A stretch of DNA of 64,000 nucleotides. It comes from Epiperipatus broadwayi. Its lineage: Eukaryota > Animalia > Onychophora. Shown here piece after piece: positions 23,839-34,925 of the stretch (its first letter is position 1; each line of letters begins with the position of its first letter). Where the stretch lies: NCBI GenBank assembly GCA_028023455.1, contig JAQFVV010000005.1, positions 7,936,001 through 8,000,000 on the forward strand. Reading direction: 5' to 3'. The position numbers and the translations under genes were made by a program. The notes under the pieces are model-generated. The model was given only the letters and a program-made list of their open reading frames with translations. It had not been told where the DNA came from and ran no database searches.

Positions 23839-25333
23839 TAAATATTGAATATCTTTAGCAAATTTAAATTTTATTTAAACTTTTTAAATACATTTCACTG
23901 TTAGCTTTAGTATTCAAAATGTTTTGGCATAAACTGACCTATAATGTAAATAGTTTAATATGAAGTTACTATTAAAATGCCATCATCACAAACCATTACA
24001 ATATAATTGTTGGGTTTAGCAATAACCGGTTGACAAAAAGAAAATTGAAACTGCACTTTTAAAAATGCATTATAGTAAAAAATAGAAAAAAACCCACAAA
24101 AATCTGTACTAATGAATTGTTGGTAAAATTAATGTGATTTTTAATGATTGTTTTAATCAAATTTTTATAACAATTTGTCTACTTTTTAATTTTAAAATGC
24201 ACTTGAAAATATTGGTAGCTTTAATCTTTAAGACAATCAATTATTGATCAAAGATTGTTTAGTCTTTTAAAGAGTTTAGAAAATATTCTTGAGGATACAA
24301 TTTATTTTAAATGTCAAAAACACCACAATTTAGAAAAATTGTATTTTTTCATCATAGAATTGATGTAAATTACCAATATCCTGAATTAAATATAAAAATG
24401 GTTATATGCATATATATTCTGTCTAAGTATTCTTTTTCCTCTTGAGCAATATTTTTGAATTTTTTGACTTTGGAAATTGAATGCTAACATTTTAAAATTT
24501 TCTATTTTTTTACTTCCACTTGTGTATTACTTAGTACATATTTAACAGTGAAGATGCAGTTGTTTTATTTTATCAAGATTTACTCATGTATCAAAATTAT
24601 TATTGTTACTTAAATAAATGCATTTAGTTATGGAAAACTGTTCACTATCTATTAGAAAAGTGGTGTTTTTTAATGATTTCATCGCTAAATCTCATTGAAC
24701 CTGTCTAAAACATTTATTAGATTTTGAAGATTTTCTTATATTCTTTTGATATTATGTTTATTTTTAAATGAAAATTTGTAGTTTTGAAGTTACAAATTTG
24801 ATTCTTCAGTTTGAGTTGTAAATAATTAATTTATTCTTACCTACTATAACTTTGAAAAAATGGTGGGTGAGAAAAAATTATTTCTCTTACCAAAATAATT
24901 TAATGACTACAAGTAAAATATCTTTCCTTTGAATATTATATTGCTTAAACTCTTATGTAATGAAATACTTTACAAAAGCCTTTTTTAAAATTAATTTAAT
25001 GTTTTAATATAAAGTTACAACACAACTTTTATAGAAAATGTCAAACTATAATAATCACCAACAGAATTAACAAACATTGACAAAATAGCTTTTTAAAGTT
25101 TTATAAATTTACATTTTGATTTTGAGCAATAATTAATTAAATTTTTATTTCCTTATTAATATATAAACATTTATGCATATTTTAAACACTCATGGATTTA
25201 AAATACATTTTTCACTAGGATTTTTATTTTTGATTGTTATCAAATTATTTTGCTGAAAATACACAAGTTGAAGCTGTAAGAAAATCATTGAACAGTCTTT
25301 CTGATCTTCCTTGTGTTCCTAAGTTTCATCACA

Positions 25334-28300
25334 TCAATTTATACTTTCAGTTTTTTCATCATCATAGAAAGACAATTTTTCAAAAAGTGGGCAAATGGAT
25401 GTTTTTAATATTGGGTTACTATAATGTAAAAAAAGTTCTACATTAGAACTATTTTCAATAAAGGCACGACTATGACCATAATCTAAATCTCTAAAATGTA
25501 AAGTATTATATTTTTCATGAGTGTTTATATTTATTAAACAATCATCTAAATTTATCTTAGAAACATTTTGTAACAAATTGTGTGTTACTACAAAATAATG
25601 TTCTAACATCCCATTGGCAAGTGAATCTTTTAACTTTTTGACAATGTCATTTTGATATCTTTTTCCTATATATTGACAATCAAGTGGTGTGGTTTCAAAA
25701 ATCCACAAACAACATGTTTTTATATAATAAGCCTGCATAATTTCATCTTTATAATAATATTTTATATAATTATAAATTTGTCTCTGGGAATAAGTCATGG
25801 CTTCATGCAAAAATTGTTCAGCAGTTGAAAAAGAAAGATAACCATCATAGATATGATTAGATTGACAAGACTTAAGCACCACCTTGTATCCATTTGTAAA
25901 AATTTTCTGAACCATTTCAGGACTGGGCCAATATCGTTTTCTTGAAGCCCATTCCCTGGCCTCATTTGGCCAGCCATCAATGCTTAAGAAAGGAACTATT
26001 TTAAGATTGTGGATCCATGGTTTCTGTTTATTAATAATATGATTTTTATAAGTCATTAATATATTTTTAAAATGTCTGCATAAAATAATATATTTATCTA
26101 CTGAAGGAATGTCATCATTGGTAGAGGAGTCATAATCTGTATCATTGTCACCAGAAATTTTAAAACATTTTACTTTCTGTGCATCTGTTTGGAAAGTGTT
26201 ATCTTGGATGCTCCTATATATTTTACAATTACAAACAATAGCTTCCAATTGTTTAATATTTACATTCATTTTACAGCTTAAAACATTACAAAAACATTCT
26301 ACATTATCATGGCAACTTTTTAACAGTGTAGCAAGATTTTTGTCCTTAAAAACTGTATTAAGTTGTGTCACCATTTCATATAATAGAACAAGTTTAACAA
26401 TATTTTTATAACACCTTTCTGTGTCATCTCCATTATAAAAACAAGCTTTTGCTTTAAGCAAAATTTTCTTTATTCTCTTTACACTATATTTGAGATTCCG
26501 TGCTATATTCTTTACATTTTTTGACACTTTTTCATTATGATTACTAGTTTCACTTTTATTACCTGGTTTATCAAGATTAGTAGTTAACTGTAACTTTTTA
26601 TTGTTACTGATATTGATTTTTCTTCTTTTTACAGTATGTTTATTATTACAAATAGATTTTTTATTTTTATGATCTGCATAGAATATAAATGCTATTAATT
26701 TCATAAAGTCATTTCTTGTTAAAAGGTTTATTAATGTCTGGAATTGATGTTTTTCATTTATTTGCTCACACAAAAATGAATTTTTATTTATATTATTTAA
26801 TGTACTTTTAAATTCTTTGCTTATGAAATTCAATATTGGTTTAAAATTCAAAGCAGTGGAGTTACTCTCCAGATGTTCTGAGATTGTTTCTTCTTCTGCA
26901 TTGTTTATACACATTTCCATATAATTTGCTATAAAGCAATTCTGAAAGTAAAATTTATCATTTTGAAAATTGGTTAGAAATTTTAAATTATCAATGATTT
27001 TTGCAACTTCATTTTTAAAATTAATTATAATAGGAACATTATTATAAAATTTTTCTGTGGTAATATGTTTTTGAATTTTTAGCATTTTATGTGCTGTAAT
27101 CATCAATAAAGTCAAAATTGGTTTATTATTGTTATCAAGAATTTGTTTATCAAAAAATTCATCATTGAGAAAAGAAATATTTAAAAAACAACTGTCTATT
27201 ATTTTAAACAGGTTCTTATAAATTTCTTCTTCTTTATAATCTAGTTCTATTAAAGTTAATGTTTTAGTTTCTTGAATAATTTTTTCTTTATGCAATGTAG
27301 TTTCCTTATTTATATTAATCTTAAATCCAATGGGAAATAAACCAAATGTTATTTTATCAGCTGGTCTTGAAAGATTGACATTTATATTTATGTTTTGTTT
27401 TAGAAATACTTCTATTTTTTTGCAAACAATATTTTTTATTTTTTCTGCATCATTTTTTATGCAAGTTAGGATAATATTAATGTAGTTAGTAATATATTTA
27501 AAACACACTTTTGTTTTGCCAAAAATCATAAAATATTTATTCATCAGAGTTTGAATGCTTTTACAATTTTCTAAATAGTAATTGTGTATTATATCTTTGA
27601 CATACGATTTGATGTTTTGTGGTAATGTAAGATGTTCATCTTTTGGATTTTCATCTGTAGCATCTTGAAGCATAATTGCAACATAACATTGCTGGAAAAT
27701 GTCTAATAATGTTTTAGTTACAGTATCAATAAATATTTTTTCAACATGAAATTTGATCTCATCACTATTGAATCTTCCATTCACATCTTTAACAAATAAT
27801 TTAAGATTATCTTTAATATTATCATCACTACTGTCATCTACATTCATCATTTCTTCATCATTTCCCATTCTTTTATTACTTTCTACAATTATTTTTTTTA
27901 CAATCACTTTTATACAGATCATCATGATATCTTTTTTTTGTTTTTTAATATAACCCATAATAAGCTGTATAATTTCAGCAGAAAATCGCTTTTGAATACT
28001 TTCTCTGTTTGTTTTCTTGTTATTTTTTTCATTCCATTTTATTTCCTTTACATACATATCTAGAATTGAAATAGATGATTGCTGAACTTTTATTGTTAAG
28101 AAGTCAATCAGTTTTCGTTTATAAAGTTCATAAAATTCTATTTTTTTTTTGTCCCATACTTCTTGAATAATAACTCTTAAATCACAATTCTTATAGTTTT
28201 GCATTTTATGAAATATTTTATCAGCCATAATATCAAATACCAATTTAATGGATTTTATTACATCCTTTCTGCTAATGAAATTTAACATTCTGTTAAAGAT

Positions 28301-29053
28301 ATCTATGATTTCTTTTTTAAAATTTTCTTTTACTTCTAAGGAGATGGTCTTAATGTTTATTATATCAAAATATTTAACTTTCTCATCATAAACAGTATTT
28401 AGTAAAGATTTCATTGACTTATTATACAATTCATAAAGATCATCATCAGTTGGAATATTATCACATTCCTCTACATCATGAAAAAAATTATATTTTTTAG
28501 GTACGGTTACAATATAATTTTTAGGCATTTCCACAAGCAATTGCTCTATTTCAACTTTATTATTAATGTTTTTCTCCAATCTCTGAAAAATATTAATCAT
28601 ATATTTTAGATAAGAACTATAAACATTATGAACAGAGTTATAGAATTGAATTGTATAACAAACTTGGTTATCCATTTGTGCTTGAACGAGTAAATGAGGT
28701 GAGAAAGGGTCCAATTGTTTTCTAACTTCATTGGTCAATACTTGTCGAAGTTTTTCTAGATCTAGCTCTGCTTCTGTTCCGTCCTGACATCTTATAAAGC
28801 TGCAGTTTTTACTAAAAGCAGTTATTCTTCCTTTAATCTTGACATGAGCTGGACTGTCAGGATTACTTTGTAAAGAATCTATTTGGAAAAATGGTTGTAT
28901 TTTATCATTAAGAGAGTATAGTATGTCCACATCAGACTTCCCCTCAGCATCAATTAAAAAAGAGCCATCGGGACAACTGCCTTGGAGACAAAATCCTTTA
29001 GTATTCAGGTTTTCATGATCTACTTCACACGGATAAAATTCTATGTGTTCCAT
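25334..29053 (-). CDS. Mab-21/cGAS-like receptor (cGLR) nucleotidyltransferase-family protein with ~900-aa insertion, 1239 aa
   Basis: Uninterrupted 3.7-kb ORF in very AT-rich DNA. N-terminal QGSCPDGSFLIDAEGKSDVDIL (G25-S26, D41-x-D43) and PAHVKIK. C-terminal Mab-21 signature KIVPFLSIDGWPNEAREWASRKRYWPS...LSFSTAE...YYIKTCCLWIFE...LEHYFVVTHNLL. Start context aaaaatATGG with an in-frame stop upstream. Confidence 0.9.
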   Translation of the reverse strand: MEHIEFYPCEVDHENLNTKGFCLQGSCPDGSFLIDAEGKSDVDILYSLNDKIQPFFQIDSLQSNPDSPAHVKIKGRITAFSKNCSFIRCQDGTEAELDLEKLRQVLTNEVRKQLDPFSPHLLVQAQMDNQVCYTIQFYNSVHNVYSSYLKYMINIFQRLEKNINNKVEIEQLLVEMPKNYIVTVPKKYNFFHDVEECDNIPTDDDLYELYNKSMKSLLNTVYDEKVKYFDIINIKTISLEVKENFKKEIIDIFNRMLNFISRKDVIKSIKLVFDIMADKIFHKMQNYKNCDLRVIIQEVWDKKKIEFYELYKRKLIDFLTIKVQQSSISILDMYVKEIKWNEKNNKKTNRESIQKRFSAEIIQLIMGYIKKQKKDIMMICIKVIVKKIIVESNKRMGNDEEMMNVDDSSDDNIKDNLKLFVKDVNGRFNSDEIKFHVEKIFIDTVTKTLLDIFQQCYVAIMLQDATDENPKDEHLTLPQNIKSYVKDIIHNYYLENCKSIQTLMNKYFMIFGKTKVCFKYITNYINIILTCIKNDAEKIKNIVCKKIEVFLKQNININVNLSRPADKITFGLFPIGFKININKETTLHKEKIIQETKTLTLIELDYKEEEIYKNLFKIIDSCFLNISFLNDEFFDKQILDNNNKPILTLLMITAHKMLKIQKHITTEKFYNNVPIIINFKNEVAKIIDNLKFLTNFQNDKFYFQNCFIANYMEMCINNAEEETISEHLESNSTALNFKPILNFISKEFKSTLNNINKNSFLCEQINEKHQFQTLINLLTRNDFMKLIAFIFYADHKNKKSICNNKHTVKRRKINISNNKKLQLTTNLDKPGNKSETSNHNEKVSKNVKNIARNLKYSVKRIKKILLKAKACFYNGDDTERCYKNIVKLVLLYEMVTQLNTVFKDKNLATLLKSCHDNVECFCNVLSCKMNVNIKQLEAIVCNCKIYRSIQDNTFQTDAQKVKCFKISGDNDTDYDSSTNDDIPSVDKYIILCRHFKNILMTYKNHIINKQKPWIHNLKIVPFLSIDGWPNEAREWASRKRYWPSPEMVQKIFTNGYKVVLKSCQSNHIYDGYLSFSTAEQFLHEAMTYSQRQIYNYIKYYYKDEIMQAYYIKTCCLWIFETTPLDCQYIGKRYQNDIVKKLKDSLANGMLEHYFVVTHNLLQNVSKINLDDCLININTHEKYNTLHFRDLDYGHSRAFIENSSNVELFLHYSNPILKTSICPLFEKLSFYDDEKTESIN

Positions 29054-29111
29054 ATTTTTTATAATTGCTTTTAATTATTTGCACATCCAATTTTGTAATC
29101 CAAATAGTAAT

Positions 29112-29130
29112 CTATAAACAAAAACAAATA
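29112..29130 (-). promoter_or_regulatory. Candidate 3' splice acceptor for a 5'-UTR intron of the cGLR gene
   Basis: Minus strand tttgtttttgtttatag ends 58 nt upstream of the ATG. Confidence 0.4.
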
Positions 29131-29202
29131 TTGTTACCCGTTTCACTTAGTTTTGCTGATTATTATTAATTTATTGCAAAAGTTTCTACGTTTTTGAATT
29201 AG

Positions 29203-29774
29203 AAATAATCAGCATTAAGCTATTGAACATGCGCTTTGTAGATTTTAAACAATAAATGAATACTCCCACTTCAAATACAAGATAAGTCTTTAGAAAAGAT
29301 AGAATGAATCCATCCAACTTTTCGAACCCAAACGCTTTTGTATGAGCAAATATCAAGTATTTGAAAGTGAGAGCATGAAGATATTAAACAAATACTTTAA
29401 ATTACTTATCTTTATTATTTATATACATCGCGCTATATAAAATATATTGTTTATATACATTTAATTTCAAATGAAACTGACGTATCGTAAATTCTAGTAA
29501 ATTTCGCCAGTGTCATTCATTCAAGCATGTAAAAGTAATTAAAGTGTTTCTTTAATATCTTCATGTTCTCACTTTCAAATACTTTAGATTTGCCCATACA
29601 TAAGCGTTTGGGTTCGAAAAGATAGATGGATTCATTCTATCTTTTTTAAAGACTTATCTTGTGTTTGAAGTGGGAGTATTCATTTATTGTTTAAAATTTA
29701 CAAAGCGCATGTGCAATAACTTAAATGCTGATTATTTATATTACAGTTTATATACATCGCGCTATATAAAATAA
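29203..29774. repeat. 329-bp repeat family: inverted 205-bp arm plus ~1.7 direct units, just upstream of the cGLR ORF
   Basis: Inverted arms 29203..29407 and 29533..29737. Tail tttatatacatcgcgctatataaaatat repeated at 29418 and 29747 (period 329). Internal 10-bp stem-loop aaaagataga/tctatctttt. Confidence 0.9.
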
Positions 29775-31013
29775 ATTGTTTGTTTTTGAATTAGATAAAC
29801 AATCACGTGATCTAATATAGATAACAATTGCTGATACATTACTTTAAAGTTTCACGTTTTAATATTTCAAAATTATATAGTATATTCAAGAGAGTTGTGC
29901 AATTTTTTTAAATTATTACCTTGGAATCAAATTTTAAAACGCATGATTTATGAAGTTAACGTAATGACTATTTTAAGAGATACCGAAAGTGAAAAAAGTC
30001 AGTCTTAAAACTATAAATTCTCTCTTATTTTTTATGTTAGCAAGGTCAAAATAGAAATCAAATTCATTGGTTTGCTTTATTTTTAATCACAAAATATTTC
30101 ATTCACTGTGGTTTTGAAAATGTTGATTAAAATATTTTTAATAGATGCATTTTTTAACTTTTAAAAGTAAGAAAAATTTTTTTCTTAATGGCATTAACTG
30201 TAACTATTGAAAAATTATTAAGTTTACCATTTGTTATGATGAATCATTTGATCTATATTTTGAATATTATTCATGGATATTATTGTTATATATTCTACTA
30301 GAGGCAGCCAATAAAAGTTTTAAACGAGGATAATTTATTAGAAGTATCGCCGGTAAAAAAAAACTATTGTTTTACCGGCATATAGGACGCAACAGCGTAT
30401 AAGACAAACACCCTTTTTTATACACATTTTTTTTTTTAAAAAAAAATTCTATATTTTTACTTGAATTTTTATAATGATTTACTATGCTAATTTTATAGTT
30501 ATTTATGTCTACAAAAATGTAACTAGGGAGCACTATAATTAAGTACGTTTTAATCTCCAACCTCGAAACCTAGAAATTCATTTCCAGAGCTAAACATTTG
30601 AAAGATTGTCTTTTTTCACTGTATACTATTTATCCTGTGGATAGACTTATATTTTTGAAGGACTTTTCATATATATTTTAACCATTTAATTTTAAAATAT
30701 TATTTTAAAAATTATAAGAGTATTAAGTTATTTTAAATGTTTTGTTCTGATACTGATATGATTATGAGAATATGTTTGTATAGCTATATATAGCTTACAT
30801 GCATATTTATTTATATAATTGTGTATTTATAAATATTTTTTTTTTTTGTTTTGTAAAAGGATAATATGCATGCATGCTTATATACATGTTAATTGTTTTA
30901 GTAAATTATATAAATGTTTATTAGTATTTGAAATGCAGGCATTCTTCATATACCTGCCGCTTAATTGTAAGTATACGGGATTTGAGCTCAGACTTTCAAG
31001 CATCCTTCAATGA

Positions 31014-31865
31014 ACCATACTATCTCATACTACTGATACACATGACCACACACATGTAGAAAAGATAAATAGTTACTGATGTACATATTTTGTGCTGAAC
31101 CAGCACTCATCAGTTGGTCCAGATTATCTCCCACACATATAAATAATCAGTGCTCAGTTTATATTAGGATAGAAAATCATAATGGACAGACTTCAAATAC
31201 ATTCCAACTCTTCAGCCATCCATACTAATGAAAATCTGAGAATTTAAGCACTAATATATGACAAACATTTACATATCAGATAATAAAATTAATTCCTAAA
31301 TGCTAAAATTCTTTATGCAGCAATTCTTATCAATCAACCAACTGGTGTTTTTTGTGTTAAAAAAATATGAGATTTTTATCAGTTGGTTGATTGATAAGAA
31401 TTGTTGTGTAATGAATTTTAGCTTATAGGAATTAATTTTGTTATCTGATATTTAATGATTTGTAATATTTTAGTCTTTAAGTTCTGGAAATAGCCATTTT
31501 GCTGTTCTTTCTGATGAAAATCAGTCTGCTGTTTGAAATATTAAAGCAGCTTTATAGAGAAGTAATTATGTGTTTTTATTAGTATTTATATATATATTTA
31601 AAGGAGATTCAAACCCACATTCATTCCATCTTATAGAACTCATACACATAACCACATACATACAAAAAAAATAAATGATGATCAACATACATATTTCATG
31701 CTGAATCAGCAGTCATCATTTGGGCTGAATTATTATCTCTTACATATATATATAATTAGTGCTCAGTTTATATTAGGATAGCAAATCTTTAAACTTTAAT
31801 GGATAGGCTTTAATACTCTCCACCCTCCAACACTTCAACCATCCATATAATTGAAAATCTGATGA
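31014..31865 (-). repeat. Two diverged copies (31014..31245, 31621..31865) of a repeat carrying CpG-decayed hammerhead motifs (family 5)
   Basis: Minus-strand motifs CCAA CTGATGA GTGCT GGTTC AGCAC AAAA TATGTA.. (31076..31117) and CCAA ATGATGA CTGCT GATTC AGCAT GAAA TATGTA TG TTGA (31682..31723). Flanking blocks (agtgctcagtttatattaggatag) also shared. Partial inverted copy at ~32003..32068. Confidence 0.75.
31247..31477. repeat. MITE-like foldback, ~98-bp arms, ~35-nt spacer
   Basis: Core arms 31274..31344 and 31380..31450 are reverse complements with few mismatches (cagttggttgattgataagaatt...). Confidence 0.85.
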
Positions 31866-33180
31866 CCTTCTCTGTGTATTTGAATGGACTTCAAGATCTA
31901 CATATGAGGGGTCAGAATGATTTAAGGCCAACATGGGTATAACAACAAAGTTCATAAACAAGGACTTTAAACATGTCATCCCTGATTTTCAATGATTGAA
32001 TCCTATCCATTAAAATTTGAAGATTTGCTATCTTAATATAAAATAAGCACTGATTAAATATATATATTGAAGCAATCACTCTGTAGTCAGAGTGAGCTTC
32101 ATGTTTTCCTATCTAAAATAAACTAACATTTACAAGGGTTCAAACCCAGTGATATTTAAATTACTGACAGTGCCATCATATATATGTATTTCTATATATT
32201 ACAAACTATTATGACAAATATTTTATAATTTTGATTTTGATATTTTCATACTTTTGAATATTTTAATTAAGCTTGTGGTTTGTTTTTTTTTAATTTTAAA
32301 AGAGAATTTGTTAATCACATAAAATTTGTCATTTTTGTAAAAATTATTTGCATTTAATTTCACATTTGTAAAAATTTAAAAGAGGATGGAACCAAGATGG
32401 CAGGTTCAAATCAACCCATTGTGAAATTTTCTTCATTAATTAAATATTTTAAATGCTTGATTTTAATTAATCAAAATATGTCTTATCATAGTTTTACTTT
32501 TATAATTTAAAGACTTTAATTAAAAGTTTTGCTAATGATAGTGATTTGAACCATATCTTCTTATATCTTACTTTTAATTAAAATGGACTGTAATTTGTTC
32601 AGGAATTTAATAATTGTCTCATCTGCCTCTGGGCAAATGAGCCAAAGCATTCATGTAATAGCTTGGGTGGTATAAATAGAATAGATTAGAGATAAGAGAC
32701 AGTCTTAATCTGAGTCTTAGTCTGACAGTCTTGCAGTATTTGCTTTTACTCTCTTAGTTTTTAGAATGTCTACTGGGTAGGTCACCAACCGTCTTTCCCT
32801 GTGCCTCTCGGGGCTGCCTCTAGTATGCTGTCGCGAAACTCCTGCCATAGAAGAAGGCTGCTACTGATGAAAAAGCCATAGTGACCGAGATTGCTGACCA
32901 CCCAGCTATCCATGTAAACTAAAGTTCAAAGAATGAACCACCTAACTATTGTAACATTGCCGAGGTAACAGTTCCATGCTTACCTATATCTGTATTAATA
33001 ATTAATGTTTTTTCTTTTTGTTATATATTTATACCTAATCTCTGCTTGAAAGTCTCTCTATAATCCTATCCATTATATATAAGCAAATGCTTACATCTAC
33101 TTAAGTTTAAATCTTACATTTTATTTAGTGAGGAAAATTTATTATTATAATTATTTGCTTTTTGTTGTTATATGACATTT

Positions 33181-34383
33181 ATATGCCAAATCAACTCAAT
33201 TCCGTGAGCCTCTATTTTAGATTAGTCTTTTAAATCCCCCGCACTTCTGGGATATTTTTAATTACTTTAAATTATTTGTTTTAAAGCCATTGCTCCCTGG
33301 GTTGAGAAATAGTTAAACAATATCATTTCTGTTTCTAGGCAGGTTATTATTATTTTAATACTGTCATATGTATATATTTATTAAATGTAAATTTAATGTT
33401 ATTCAAGAACGCTATTGCTTGAATTCTAGTCAAGATATTTTAAATACTAATGACTGATATTTTTTTATGTAATGATCATTTATTTATATGTAGCACTTTT
33501 AGCATTATGGTATTAAATAATGCTTATTGATTCCAAATGCATGTGGGATCCATTTAATGAAGGGAAATGTAATTGTATGTCTTTAAGTCATTCATCTAGT
33601 TTTAGATTTCAGTTATATAATTTGGTTTAGTTTACAAGTCATGCCGTTATGCCCCATTAAAACTTTATATTTAGGCTATTAGTTATTTTGACATCGTTAA
33701 AGCTCGTATCAAAGTCATAGCGTTGCCAGCATAGGTCAGCCATCATCGTTATTTGCTTTGTCATAACTTGAGGATCATCAGGAACTCTGAATCCTCCATC
33801 TTCACTTATATTTTAGTTGGCATTGGAAGTGCCCTAGGACACCTTTGGAAAGAGTAGCGGAAGTTCTGCATTGATACCCTACATGAACAATTGCATCTCC
33901 CTACCTTCTTCTTTTTTCTCCAGGTATGGCCCATCAGAAGAACGGGTGTACCATTTCTCTTATTCCCACTTAAATGATGAAGCATCTACTCGGCCAAAAT
34001 GGACAGAATCTTATATCTTGTTGCCTCATCCTCACACTGCCATTCATTATAGTATTTTAGAATCATGCCTAAAACTATTCTATAAGCCATAACGCTGTGA
34101 TATAACTAAACCATTTTGTTATTATTAATGTATTTATATTTAGAATGTCACGAAAAGCTTGCATTAAGCTATTTTCCTTAGATGAATGACTCCCACATGC
34201 GTAAATGAATTCTCTTTATTTTATTTTAATTCAAGAACTAAAATATAACGTTTGTTATATTGACATTTGTTTTAAAACTTTGGTGTTTTATATTTAGTAA
34301 ATATAACGGATGTCAGAGACCAATTTACCTGGCATCGCAGTTAAATACATATAGTTTTCTTGTGTGGTCGAAGTGGCATCGAT
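33181..34383 (-). mobile_element. Old dispersed repeat, copy A; probable 5'-truncated LINE 3' end (RTE-like)
   Basis: Colinear with 60886..62047 (e.g. ccaggtat..ccatcagaaga; gaagtggcatcgat). Minus-strand remnants WAIPGEKRRR and HFGRV resemble the RTE ORF C-terminus; classification weak. Confidence 0.5.
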
Positions 34384-34636
34384 TACAGTTTGTTAAATAC
34401 ATTATGTTAATTTATTCAAACATTAAAGTGTCTCTCTTGTGACTTCTTTTGTCTAGGTCATTAATTAATCATCTTTTAAAATAGCGTTTCTCTTCTTAAA
34501 CTCATTATGTAATTTTTTTTCAAACATTGGCATATAAATAAACCGCACTATATAATAATCACAGATGTAAGCATAATGAAACTATTCTAGTGTGAAATAT
34601 ATAAATAATGTACATTTAGAATAAATTGTTTTTATA

Positions 34637-34744
34637 TAATATTAAATTAAAGTATCTTTTAATCCTATCCAGTAATATTAAATTAAAGTATCTTTTAATC
34701 CTATCCAGTAATATTAAATTAAAGTATCTTTTAATCCTATCCAG
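34637..34744. repeat. Three perfect contiguous 36-bp tandem repeats
   Basis: taatattaaattaaagtatcttttaatcctatccag x3, no spacers. Confidence 0.97.
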
Positions 34745-34925
34745 AATTCGAATCTTTATTTTGATTAGTTTTTAAATATAAAAAGGTTATATAATTATGT
34801 ATTATTCTAGCTCTCTTATCTTATTCGGGGATTCATCATCAAAAACCCTAGTTCGAGTCTCATATCTCTGTACCACTGTGTGACATCTCGTACAATATAT
34901 ATATATATATATATGGGGAGTGGGT

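Noticed and set aside
25234-27953. Small ORFs overlapping the cGLR gene (25234..25446, 25795..25980, 26145..26411, 27753..27953)
   Set aside because: Antisense or alternate-frame shadows of the long ORF with no motifs.
29408-29737. Hammerhead in the 329-bp family
   Set aside because: No CTGANGA plus GAAA arrangement found on either strand; only simple stem-loops.
32640-33100. Possible solo LTRs at ~32.2-33.1 kb, 18518..~18750, 34566..34894 and from 38382
   Set aside because: Only one terminus or TATA-like signals are visible; no partner LTR, matching end or TSD could be shown.
33750-33790. CTGATGA on the minus strand in the 33-kb/61-kb repeat
   Set aside because: Followed by GACAAAGC in both copies; no GAAA core or stem I even after CpG reversion.
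34637-34744. Three 36-bp direct repeats of CRISPR-like length
   Set aside because: Copies are contiguous with no spacers, there are no cas genes, and the context is eukaryotic; simple minisatellite.
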